From: Eledone cirrhosa
Taxonomy: Eukaryota
Length of the DNA stretch: 64,000 nt
Assembly (NCBI GenBank): GCA_964016885.1
Contig: OZ024758.1
Coordinates: forward strand, 22,258,001 to 22,322,000
Reading direction: 5' to 3'
Part shown: piece by piece, positions 51,466 to 64,000 of the stretch
Numbering within the stretch: position 1 is the first letter of the stretch
How the letters are laid out: each line of letters starts with the position of its first letter
Notes under the pieces: generated by a model
Seen by the model: the letters and a program-made list of their open reading frames with translations, nothing else
Database searches by the model: none
What the model was told of the DNA's origin: nothing
Made by a program: the position numbers and the translations under genes

Positions 51466-52580
51466 CACTACAACATGATTTACAGCTTGCTGTTTACCAG
51501 CTACAGTGTTGTTTTTACAAACTACGTGGTATGTAGCTACTCTGTACACTGGTAAATATCAACATTCTGAATAGTAACCAATATTTCTCAGTTGTGAAAT
51601 AAAACAACAATTTATAGGTAAGTTTATATTTTCTAGACAGTGAGATACTGCAGTTGTAAAACATTCTCAGTGGATCCCATCCCTCTGTCCACTAAAACAA
51701 CAACATATTATAATGTTGAAATAACAGCAAAAATATGCAATAGAATAAATATAAGACATCTTTGAGTAAATTGAACTCTGAATAGTAGAAATTAACCTTT
51801 TTATTATCATATTTCTAATGAAATACACTCTATTTCAATTAATTAATGAAGAATTATGAGTGATTAGCTAAAGTTATTAATAATTTCATTACTAAGATAG
51901 TAACTTAACACTGTAGCATTTAAACTGGCTGTATTCAACCAGAATTCTTTCACCTCTTTCAGTTGAAACCAGTCATAAGCGGCTGCTCATACTTATGTTA
52001 CAGTATTGGTCTCAAAATTATAGATTCGATATTATGTGAGATAATTAGGTGAAGTAAAGTGTTTACTGTAAAAATACAATAGTAAATATAGAGTAATGTA
52101 GATGCTAAAGGGTTAATGTTAGGTTCTTATATAAAATTATGTTGGAAGATTTTGATTTAAATTAGAAACTTTTAAAATGGGTGGTTTTATTTCATAGAAC
52201 CGGAGCCGGTTTGGGCCAGGTTGGTAACTAAAGGGTAAAAGAGATATGTCTAATGGTTAAATTGGTTCCTAGAGCATAGGTACGAGTTTGGTATAGATAT
52301 TAAGTATACAGATAACACAGATAGAGAAGCTCAGGTGTGTCAATGGATGTAGGAAGTGGGGTGGTAATATAATACTACTAATAGTATTGATAGACGAATA
52401 AAAGGAAGTGTAGACTTTTAGTCTTCAGATTTGTCTAGTAGATAGTTCTAGGTAAAACCCTATTACATGGCACCTTGAGCAAGTGTGTTCTGCTATAGCC
52501 TTGGACTGACCAATGATTTGTGGGTGAATTTGGTAAATGGAAACTGCCAAAAGATTTGTCATATACATATATATATTTTC

Positions 52581-52628
<48 letters not shown>

Positions 52629-53487
52629 CATACACACACATATATATACATATATATTTAACTACGTGTATATCATCAGCCGTTGTCAAAAGCAATATAT
52701 ATATATATATAACCACTTCTATATATATATATATATAATCACTTCTAAATACAAAGTAAAACCTACTACAGTCAGTAGGCATCTCTAACAAAATACACCC
52801 CCGTCCCACCACCCCCACCCCATCCACACCGCCCCTTTCAATGTAAAGTTATGTTGGTGCCACAAAATCCAGGCCAAAACAAATGAGATCGTGTAGGTGT
52901 CACGAAAAAAAAACACAGTCCACGCTGTAATGTGACCGTGTAGGCAACACGGTAAAAATGTCCCAGTCCCACACTGTAAATGTGGTTGGTGTTAGGAAGG
53001 GCATCCAGCTGTAGAAAACCTGCCAGACAGTCCACGCTGTAATGTGGCCGTGTAGGCAACACGGTAAAAACCTCCCAGCCCCACACTGTAAATGTGGTTG
53101 GTGTTAGGAAGGGCATCCAACTGTAGAAAACCCGCCAGACAGTCCTATGCGAGCAAGACAACCACTCTTGCCTCAAGTGAGAAAACTCCCGTCCAAACCC
53201 ATGCAAGCATGGAACACGGATGATGATGATGATGATATATATATATATATAATCACTTCTATATATATATATATATATAATCACTTCTATATATATATAA
53301 TCACTTCTATATATATATATAATCACTTCTATATATATATATAATCACTTCTATATATATATATACACACACTTCTATATATATATATATATACACACTT
53401 CTATATATATATATATATATATTAGAAAGTGAGGTTTTTTTACAAAATGAAAAATAACCGAGGTGTCCTACACGAGTGAAAGTATAA

Positions 53488-53777
53488 AGAAAAAAAGATG
53501 AAATCGAAAATGCAACTGGAGTCTTATTTAAAAAAAAAATATATATATTAATTTGGTTCCTTTACCGGTTTTGCAGTTCTTCTGCTTTTCAAAAGTAGAG
53601 TTGAGATGAAGGGTCTGTGGTTTTTCTCACATCTGAGAAAAACCACAGACCCTCCATCTCAACACTCTACTTTTGAAAAGCAGAAGAACTGCGAAACCGG
53701 TAAAGGAACCAAATTAATATATATATTTAAAAAAAAAATAAGACTCCAGTTGCATTTTCGATTTCATCTTTTTTTCT
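53488..53777. repeat. Near-perfect ~290-bp palindrome with 4-nt loop
   Basis: Arms are reverse complements around CATC at 53630-53633. Confidence 0.95.
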
Positions 53778-54135
53778 ATATATATATATATATATATGAA
53801 AATAATGGAGCTGCGGCGTTGCAAATGGGTTACATATGAAAAAAGTTTGTCCTTCATCAGTGATCTTCCAACCATCATAGGCATTTCATCGCTTTAAAGA
53901 CCATATACCTCCGGTTGGTGCGAACAACGGCTAAAAAAAGTCGTTGGGACACGTAAATAAAGGGGACGCGAGGGTAAACAAACAAAATGGTTAAGCAACA
54001 GAAAGTGAGGAAGGAAAAGACAAGTCCCAGATTTCTATGAATTTAAGTTCGGTGAAATCGTGAACGAGAGAATAAAGACCATCAAACCTGGTTGAAATGT
54101 GAGCAAGGAAGGAATTTCGCACAGGTCTAACGGGA

Positions 54136-54198
<63 letters not shown>

Positions 54199-54203
<5 letters not shown>

Positions 54204-54359
54204 TGAAATTCTGTTATAATGAAATTCACGAGTTATAAAAAAAAATTTCTTGAAACGAAAAATTCTTTATAACGAGATCCACCGAAACAAATCAAGAAAA
54301 TTTCAAAATACTGAAAAATTTGTTATAATGGTATTTGTTATAATGGAATTTTACCTGTA
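54199..54359. mobile_element. Tigger/pogo-like MITE
   Basis: TA-CAGTGAAATTCTGTTATAA...TTATAATGGAATTTTACCTG-TA. Confidence 0.6.
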
Positions 54360-54938
54360 TTATATATAGCAAAATCAGGGTGGTTGTCATGCTCTTCATT
54401 GGTTCACCTTCCCTGTCTAAACTATGGCAACATGAAAGCCTGGCACATCTCATCACTCACTTGCTTCCCATATCCCAACACTTCCGCCTCACACACCGTT
54501 GTAAGTTTCCAACCTACCCTGGCAAATAGCATACACCCAGCTACTCTTCTCATTCTCCCCCCCCCCCATTGCCATCAATGCCTCCCCAGATTGTTCATGG
54601 ACACAAGCACCTTGAGTCATAAGGTATTGCTGGTTTCATGATAATTTACATTATTCTATATATACTATTGTATTTTTGTGGTAAAGGCTTTATCTCATAT
54701 AATATTGAATATATGAGATTTTGATATTATTTATGTTGAGAACAATACCCTAACATAAATATGAGCAGCTGGTTACAGCTGGTTTGAACAGAAAGAGGTG
54801 AGAGAATTCTGGCTGGATATGGCCAGTTTAAATGCTAAAGGGTTAAAGACAAAGTCAGTACTAAATTGGAGCTGCTGCCTTCCTAGATTGGCCAGAGTCA
54901 CATCTCATGTTCCAGTTTTGGTGTATTTCTACTATCGC

Positions 54939-57846
54939 CAAACCAAGTTTACTGTCTACCTTCAAACTAAGTTTGATGTCTACCTTCAAACTAAGTTTAA
55001 TGTCTACCTTCAAACCAAATTTACTGTCTACCTTCAAACCAAGTTTAATGTCTACCTTCAAACCAAATTTAATGTCTACCTTCAAACCAAGTTTACTGTC
55101 TACCTTCAAACCAAGTTTACTGTCTACCTTCAAACCAAGTTTACTGTCTACGTTCAAACTAAGTTTAATGTCTACCTTCAAACCAAGTTTACTGTCTACC
55201 TTCAAACCAAGTTTACTGTCTACCTTCAAACTAAATTTACTGTCTACCTTCAAACCAAGTTTACTGTCTACCTTCAAACCAAGTTTACTGTCTACCTTCA
55301 AACCAAGTTTACTGTCTACCTTCAAACCAAGTTTACTGTCTACCTTCAAACCAAGTTTACCGTCTACCTTCAAACTAAGTTTAATGTCTACCTTCAAATT
55401 AATTTAACTGTCTACCTTCAAATTAATTTAACTGTCTACCTTCAAATTAATTTAACTGCCTACCTTCAAACTAAATTTAATGCCTACCTTCAAATTAATT
55501 TAACTGTCTACCTTCAAATTAATTTAACTGTCTACCTTCAAACCAAGTTTAATGTCTACCTTCAAACCAAGTTTAATGTCTACCTTCAAACCAAGTTTAC
55601 TGTCTACCTTCAAACCAAGTTTACTGTCTACCTTCAAACCAAGTTTACTGTCTACCTTCAAACCAAGTTTACTGTCTACCTTCAAACCAAGTTTACTGTC
55701 TACCTTCAAACCAAGTTTACTGTCTACCTTCAAACCAAGTTTACTGTCTACCTTCAAACCAAGTTTACTGTCTACCTTCAAACCAAGTTTAATGTCTACC
55801 TTCAAACCAAGTTTAATGTCTACCTTCAAACCAAGTTTACTGTCTACCTTCAAACCAAGTTTAATGTCTACCTTCAAACCAAGTTTAATGTCTACCTTCA
55901 AACCAAGTTTAATGCCTACCTTCAAACCAAGTTTAATGCCTACCTTCAAACCAAGTTTAATGTCTACCTTCAAACCAAGTTTACTGTCTACCTTCAAACC
56001 AAGTTTAATGCCTACCTTCAAACCAAGTTTACTGCCTACCTTCAAACCAAGTTTACTGTCTACCTTCAAACCAAGTTTACTGTCTACCTTCAAACCAAGT
56101 TTACTGTCTACCTTCAAACCAAGTTTACTGTCTACCTTCAAACCAAGTTTACTGTCTACCTTCAAACCAAGTTTACTGTCTACCTTCAAACCAAGTTTAA
56201 TGTCTACCTTCAAACCAAGTTTAATGTCTACCTTCAAACCAAGTTTAATGCCTACCTTCAAACCAAGTTTAATGTCTACCTTCAAACCAAGTTTAATGTC
56301 TACCTTCAAACCAAGTTTAATGTCTACCTTCAAACTAAGTTTAATGTCTACCTTCAAACCAAGTTTAATGTCTACCTTCAAACTAAGTTTAATATCTACC
56401 TTCAAACCAAGTTTACTGTCTACCTTCAAACCAAGTTTACTGTCTACCTTCAAACCAAGTTTAATGCCTACCTTCAAACCAAGTTTAATGCCTACCTTCA
56501 AACCAAGTTTAATGCCTACCTTCAAACCAAGTTTAATGTCTACCTTCAAACCAAGTTTAATGTCTACCTTCAAACCAAGTTTAATGACTACCTTCAAACT
56601 AAGTTTAATATCTACCTTCAAACCAAGTTTACTGTCTACCTTCAAACCAAGTTTACTGTCTACCTTCAAACCAAGTTTACTGTCTACCTTCAAACCAAGT
56701 TTAATGCCTACCTTCAAACCAAGTTTAATGACTACCTTCAAACTAAATTTAATGTCTACCTTCAAACTAAATTTAATGTCTACCTTCAAACTAAATTTAA
56801 TGTCTACCTTCAAACCAAGTTTAATGCCTACCTTCAAACCAAGTTTAATGTCTACCTTCAAACTAAATTTAATGTCTACCTTCAAACCAAATTTACTGTC
56901 TACCTTCAAACCAAGTTTACTGTCTACCTTCAAACCAAGTTTAATGTCTACCTTCAAACCAAGTTTAATGTCTACCTTCAAACCAAGTTTAATGTCTACC
57001 TTCAAACCAAGTTTAATGTCTACCTTCAAACCAAGTTTAATGTCTACCTTCAAACCAAGTTTAATGTCTACCTTCAAACCAAGTTTAATGTCTACCTTCA
57101 AACCAAGTTTAATGTCTACCTTCAAACCAAGTTTAATGTCTACCTTCAAACCAAGTTTAATGCCTACCTTCAAACCAAGTTTAATGCCTACCTTCAAACC
57201 AAGTTTAATGTCTACCTTCAAACTAAGTTTACTGTCTACCTTCAAACCAAGTTTACTGTCTACCTTCAAACCAAGTTTACTGTCTACCTTCAAACCAAGT
57301 TTACTGTCTACCTTCAAACTACATTTACTGTCTACCTTCAAACCAAGTTTACTGTCTACCTTCAAACCAAGTTTACTGTCTACCTTCAAACCAAGTTTAC
57401 TGTCTACCTTCAAACCAAGTTTACTGTCTACCTTCAAACCAAGTTTACTGTCTACCTTCAAACCAAGTTTACTGTCTACCTTCAAACCAAGTTTAATGTC
57501 TACCTTCAAACCAAGTTTAATGTCTACCTTCAAACCAAGTTTAATGTCTACCTTCAAACGAAGTTTACTGTCTACCTTCAAACGAAGTTTACTGTCTACC
57601 TTCAAACGAAGTTTACTGTCTACCTTCAAACCAAGTTTACTGTCTACCTTCAAACCAAGTTTAATGTCTACCTTAAAACCAAGTTTACTGTCTACCTTCA
57701 AACCAAGTTTACTGTCTACCTTCAAACTACATTTACTGTCTACCTTCAAACCAAGTTTACTGTCTACCTTCAAACCAAGTTTAATGTCTACCTTAAAACC
57801 AAGTTTACTGTCTACCTTCAAACCAAGTTTACTGTCTACTTTCAAA
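54939..57846. repeat. 24-bp satellite, ~121 copies (2.9 kb)
   Basis: Unit CAAACCAAGTTTA(C/A)TG(T/C)CTACCTT with constant period. Confidence 0.97.
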
Positions 57847-58499
57847 GATGTCCAGTGCAACAGAAAATTAGATTTACTGATGTAAGTCTGAGAGATAAGC
57901 AAATGGTAAAGAACATAAAACCAATCATAACTGGAAATAATATCCTCATCATGTTATATGATGAATGATGGCATAAAGAAGATATATATTTATTTTATGT
58001 ATATTGAATATATCATATTTCAAATATGTCCAATATCTATCTTAAAAGAAAGTAACTAATACTTCTAGCTAATTAACTGCAGACAGTATTAATATTGAAG
58101 TCTTGACTAATACCATGCTGTTTTCATAGGATGGTGCTTTTTGTAGAACATTTTGCTGTTTGTATATGAAGTCTTAGAAAGTTATATGCTGCTTGTGTTG
58201 AACACCAAAAACACATTGAATTGTAGTGGGTTTTAATACAGTGTTTCTAGGCCAAGTCAGCTAAGCTGATACCATTTCTTACCAAGCTATACCCAGAGGA
58301 GAAGTTGAACTCAGCATAGCAAGCTAACAGAGCAGTTGTCAATATTTATATTGTACCTATTTATAGATTAGTGGACTGGGATATTTGAGTGAAATGTTTG
58401 GTTCACAGACACAATGAAATGCACCCAACCAACTCTGTAAAGAAGTAGTGGTAGTGTCACAATAAAAAAACACTCAGTCCACCCTGAAGGCAGTACTGT

Positions 58500-59557
58500 T
58501 GGTGCCATGATAAAAAGCACCCAGTCTGCCCTATAAGGTGGTAGTGCTGGTGCCACAACAAAAGCCACCCAGTCTGCCCTATAAGGTGGTAGTGCTGGTG
58601 CCACAACAAAAACCACCCAGTCTGCACTATAATGTGGTAGTGCTGGTGCCACAACAAAAAGCACCTAGTATGCCCTATAAGGTGCTAGTGCTGGTGCCAC
58701 AACAAAAGCCACCCAGTCTGCCCTATAAGGTGGTAGTGCTGGTGCCACAACAAAAACCACCCAGTCTGCACTATAATGTGGTAGTGCTGGTGCCACAACA
58801 AAAAGCACCTAGTATGCCCTATAAGGTGGTAGTGCTGGTGCCACAACAAAAACCACCCAGTCTGCACTATAATGTGGTAGTGCTGGTGCCACAACAAAAA
58901 GCACCTAGTATGCCCTATAAGGTGCTAGTGCTGGTGCCACAACAAAAGCCACCCAGTCTGCCCTATAAGGTGGTAGTGCTGGTGCCACAACAAAAACCAC
59001 CCAGTCTGCACTATAATGTGGTAGTGCTGGTGCCACAACAAAAACCACCCAGTCTGCACTATAAGGTGGTAGTGCTGGTGCCACAACAAAAAGCACCCAG
59101 TCTGCACTATAAGGTGGTAGTGCTGGTGCAACAACAAAAAGCACCTAGTATGCACTATAAGGTGGTAGTACTGGTGCAACAACAAAAAGCACCTAGTATG
59201 CACTATAAGGTGGTAGTACTGGTGCAACAACAAAAAGCACCTAGTATGCACTATAAGGTGGTAGTACTGGTGCAACAACAAAAAGCACCTAGTATGCACT
59301 ATAAGGTGGTAGTGCTGGTGCCACAACAAAAAGCACCTAGTATGCACTATAAGGTGATAGTACTGGTGCAACAACAAAAAGCACCTAGTATGCACTATAA
59401 GGTGGTAGTACTGGTGCAACAACAAAAAGCACCTAGTATGCACTCTAAGGTGGTAGTGCTGGTGCCACAACAAAAAGCACCCAGTCTGCCCTATAAGGTG
59501 GTAGTGCTGGTGCCACAACAAAAACCACCCAGTCTACAGGTGGTAGTGCTGGTGCCA
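58500..59557 (+). repeat. 48-bp minisatellite (~22 copies) related to the SINE-internal module
   Basis: Unit GGTGGTAGTGCTGGTGCCACAACAAAAACCACCCAGTCTGCACTATAA; partial three-unit higher-order pattern. Confidence 0.92.
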
Positions 59558-61734
59558 CTTTATTTTATCGACCCTGTAAAGATGAAAGGCAAAGTTAACC
59601 TTGGCAGGATTTGAACTCAGAACGTAAAGGGCCTTAACTATGCTCCACAGCATGTTGTCCGACGCTCTACTGATTATTGCCATAATAATAATAATAATGT
59701 TTCTACTGTTGGCACAAGGCCAGCAATTACCCCAGTGCATTACTGGTACTTTATTTTATCGACCCCGTAAGGATGAAAGGCAAAGGTAACCTTGACGGGA
59801 TTTGAACTCAGAACTTAAAGGGCCATGACTATGCTGTAAAGCATGGTGTCTGACACTCTACCGATACTGCCAATCGACCGCCCTCGGCGGGATTTGAGCT
59901 CAGGCAATAAAGGGCTGTAACTTTATGCTGCAAAGCATGGCGTCCGACCCTCTACCGACGTGGAGGAATAATATATCTGTTATGATGTATCTGCACCTGT
60001 ACTTAATGATAATCCCATTTCACAATATCTGTGTCTTCTCTCTGTGTATTGTCATTTAGTCACAAATAGAGGGTCGGACGCCATGCTTTGACGTATAGAG
60101 TTACGGCCCTTGCCATTCTGAGTTCAAATCCCGCCGAGGTTAACTTTGCCTTTCATCCTCACGGGGTCGATAAAATAAAGTACCAGTAATGTACTGGGTA
60201 ATTACTGGCCTTGTGCCAAAAGTAGAAACAATTATCATTTAGTCACAAAGAGTATTGTGAAATTGTTCATTTGGCTATATGAATGAGACAGCATACTTAA
60301 ACCTAATTGAACTAAAAGAAAAAAAAACAACAGCAACAAAGAAAAAACATCAAAGAACTAAAGAAAACAGCTGAAAAATTTAATTAGCTGTGAGTAAAAT
60401 TAAGGCTTAAAATTAATGCTTAACCCTTTACATTTAAACTGGCCATATCCAGCCAGAATTCTCTCACCTCTTTCTGTTCAAATCAGCTGCTCATATTTAT
60501 GTTAAAGTATTGTTTTCAAAATAAATGATATCAAAATCTCATAGATTCGATATTGTGTGAGATAATTCTGTGAGATAAAGCCTTTACCATGAAAATATAA
60601 TAGTAAATATATATTTTTCAATATGGCTAAAAAATAAATCAAGTCTATTAATTTAAATCTTTATAGTATGTTTGCTAATGGTCAGTTCATTGTAAAAATT
60701 ATTATTAGTATTAAACCTTTAGCATTTAAATTAGCCATATCCGGCCAGAATTCTCTCACCTCTTTCTGTTCAAATCGGCTGTAACTGGCCACTCATACTG
60801 ATGTTAAGGTATTGTTATCAAAATCTCATAGATTCGATATTATGTGAAGTAAAGCCTTTACCATGAAAATACAATAGTAAATATAGAGTAATGTAAATGC
60901 TAAAGGGTTAAAAGCTAAGAAATGCTCTGAATGTTTGCAGGAAGTAGTAGATTAGTTTGGTTTCTTAAGGACCTAAATACAGGATGACACAAAGCTAGCT
61001 ATAACATAACGAGGGTTAGGAAGTGGGCGGAATTGAATTAATGCTATGTTTGCAACAAAGGGGAAATCTCTCCCCAACTGAAAAGGAGAATATACATATA
61101 TATATATATATATATGTTTGAGAAATAAGATATTGTTTTACAGCAAAACATGGTAGCTGAAGGAACTACAGTGATTGGAGACAAAGAAGTTGAATATCTT
61201 TTGTTAGAAGTGCAACATAGACATAACTACAACATCCTGTAGCACATGAAACCACAGTAGCAAAACATTCTTGAAAAGTAGCTTATAAAATAGCACTTTG
61301 ATTCATCATCATCATCATCATTTCATTTTACGTCCGCTTTTCCCTGCTTGCAAGGGTGGGACGGGAACTGATGCTGGCTCGATTTCTACAGCTGGATGCC
61401 CTTCCTAACACCAACCTCATTTACAGTGAGTGCTGGGTGCTTTTTTGCCGTAGCACCTCCACGACCATTTTGCAGTGGAATGATATGGACCCCAGTCCCT
61501 ATCATCTCATTTCTACATCTGAGTAAACTGGAGCAATGTGAAATAAAGTCTCTTGCTCAAGGAAACAACACATCACCCGGTCTGAGAATTGAACTCACAA
61601 CCTTTCGATTGCAAGGCCAATGCTCTAACCACTAAGCTATGTGCCTCCATTGTATTACATTATAAATTAAAGTCTTCACTTTAAGCCTTTAGCATTTACA
61701 TTACTCTATATATACTATTATATTAGAAAGAAAC

Positions 61735-62358
61735 GAAGTCTGTATTCTCCGATAGATGTGTAATAGTAATATACGTGAACGGCAAAGTATAAACGAATTG
61801 AGAGAGAGACTGAGCATCAGAGGAATCAAATGCTGTGTGCAGGGGAGGAGGTTACATTGGTATGGACATGTGATGCATATGAAGGATGACAGCTGCATAA
61901 AAGGTGCAGACCCAAGAAGACCTGGGATGAGGTGATAAAGACCGACCTTACCCAATTGCACCTCTCAAGAGCAATGACACACGACCGTGATCTCTGGCGT
62001 CACACAGTAATACAGAAGACCCGACCCCCCACAGGAACAAGCCAAAGCTAAAGCATATAGACAATATGCCCCCACATCCTCCCACTGCAAAGTGGTCATG
62101 GAGGTGCCACAGCAAAAAAGCACCCAGCCCACACTGTAAAGTGGACGTGTAGGGGCCACGGAAAAAAGCACCCAGCACTCACTGTAAATGAGGTTGGTGT
62201 TAGGAAGGGCATCCAGCTGTAGAAATCAAGCCAGAATCAGTTCCCATATGAGCAAGACAAGGTCAACCGACTGGACACTGCCCACACAGGACAACCCGTC
62301 TAACCCATGCTAGCGTGGAAGAACGGACGTAAAACGATGATGATGATGATGATGATGA
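61735..62358 (+). mobile_element. RTE-like fragment joined to a SINE 3' portion, nested in a family-C MITE
   Basis: LRERLSIRGIKCCVQGRRLHWYGHVMHMKDDSCIK, then two 48-bp modules, SINE core and (GAT)n. Confidence 0.75.
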
Positions 62359-64000
62359 TTTTCACAGTAAAGACTTTATTTCACATAATATCGAATCTTT
62401 TGATATTATTTATGTTGAGAACAATACCTTAACATCAGTATGAGCAGCTGATTACAGCCAGTTTGAACAGAAAGAGGTGAGAAAATACTGGCCGGATATG
62501 GCTAGTTTAAATGCTAAAGGGTTTAATACTAATAATAATTTTTACAATGACCTGACCATTAGAAAATATACTATAAACATTTAAATCAATAAACTCGATT
62601 TATTTTTTAGCTGTATTGAAACATGCATAGAAATGTAAGAATAAATTATAATTTCTTATCCTTAACTTTTTTATATTTTTGAATTTAAACCCTTTAACTC
62701 TTTAGCATTTACATTATATTCACTATTGTATTTTCAGGGTAAAGGCTTTATCTCATATTTAGCTCAAATAATATCGATTCTATGAGATTTTGATGTTATT
62801 TATTTTCATAACAATACCTTAACATCAGTATGAGTGGCCAGTTACAGCCAGTTTCAACAGAAGAAGTGAGAGAATTCTGGCCAGATATGGCCAGTTTAAA
62901 TGCTAAAGGGTTAAGTATTTAAATCAGCTGTATCCAGCCAACATTTTTAATATATTTGATTTTAGTTTTATCAATTTAATGATATTTAGTATTTTCACCA
63001 GTCATCTTTTCACATAGAAATGTGAAGAAATAATATGTTTTATAATAATTGTTTCTACTTTAGGCACAAGGCCAGCAATTACCCAGTGCATTACTGGTAC
63101 TTTATTTTATCGACCCCGTAAGGATGAAAGGCAAAGTCAACCTCGGCGGGATTTGAACTCGGATCGTAAAGGGACGTAACTATGCTGGAAAGCATGGCGT
63201 CCGACCCTCTACCGATACTGCCAATCCATCGCCCTATATGTTTTATAATAATAATCCTGAAGAAGATGATACTTATTAAATACAGCAACAAGCATCTTAA
63301 GGTCATGTTCCTTGCTAATTCAGGGGCTGGTTTTGTGAGCCACATGACAGCATGCCCTTTTTGGTGCTGACCCTTTTAGTCATATTTTTTGACATGCAGA
63401 GATACAGTGTACCTATTCTAAACCGGATACACACAGATAGCACTTATTAAATATAATGTGAAAACTTGTCATGAACATGAGTTTTCATATGTGATAGCTT
63501 TGAACTTCATAGCTACTCTTCTTATTTTTGTATTTCATGTTATCTGAACCTTAATAAAAGAGCAAATATGTTGTACAAATACTGTTGCAAATTAGTGATA
63601 TATTTGTACAAGAAATGTAAATGTAGAAAGTCACTGATAAGATAAATATTCTAGGTGACATTTCGATATCTGGTACAGGAAGATAAATGTGGTTGGTACC
63701 AAGTAAAACTATGTAAAGTAATCTAGCAGGATATCATGTTCATGGTTTGATTATAAGATATTAAGAAATTGTGGTTTTTAAATACTTTTACTCATCATCT
63801 TGTCTAATTTATGTAAACCTTTTGAAATTTTGGTCAACTGTAAAATGGTTGGCATTAGGCAGGGCATCCAGCCATAGAAATCTAGTCAGAAACAGTTCTA
63901 TATGAGCAAGACATGATCACCTGACTCGACTTGCCTCTAATGGAACAAACCCGTCTAAACTATGCTAGCGTGGAAAATAGACGTTAAATGATGATGATCA

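Noticed and set aside
54798-57968. 1056-aa ORF and overlapping 777/792-aa ORFs as genes
   Set aside because: Products of a 24-bp satellite lacking stops in several frames; the start lies in a MITE; no domain or splice context
58538-59614. 358-aa VVVLVPQQK repeat ORF
   Set aside because: 48-bp SINE-derived minisatellite that ends in SINE-A sequence

Overview
Eukaryotic, AT-rich, repeat-dense DNA, most likely from an octopod cephalopod (inferred from the SINE repertoire). The only supported protein-coding gene is a minus-strand integrin beta subunit. Ten GT-AG exons between 13286 and 145 splice in frame into about 338 codons covering the PSI domain, the start of the hybrid domain and most of the beta-I (vWA) domain, with intact MIDAS, ADMIDAS and SyMBS motifs. 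The gene continues left of the window, and its signal-peptide exon was not found. The rest is intronic or intergenic: tRNA-derived SINEs, a ~225-bp TTAA/piggyBac-type MITE in ~25 copies, hAT and Tc1/mariner MITEs, CR1-like and RTE-like LINE 3' fragments, microsatellites and many TE-derived minisatellites. Nearly all long ORFs in the supplied track are repeat artefacts. The most notable structures are a twin-priming-type 5'-inverted RTE insertion with TSD, a SINE/RTE shared 3' tail, five independent expansions of one 48-bp SINE module, three fold-back palindromes and a 2.9-kb 24-bp satellite. Exon coordinates were read base by base; most repeat boundaries are approximate. No database searches were possible.
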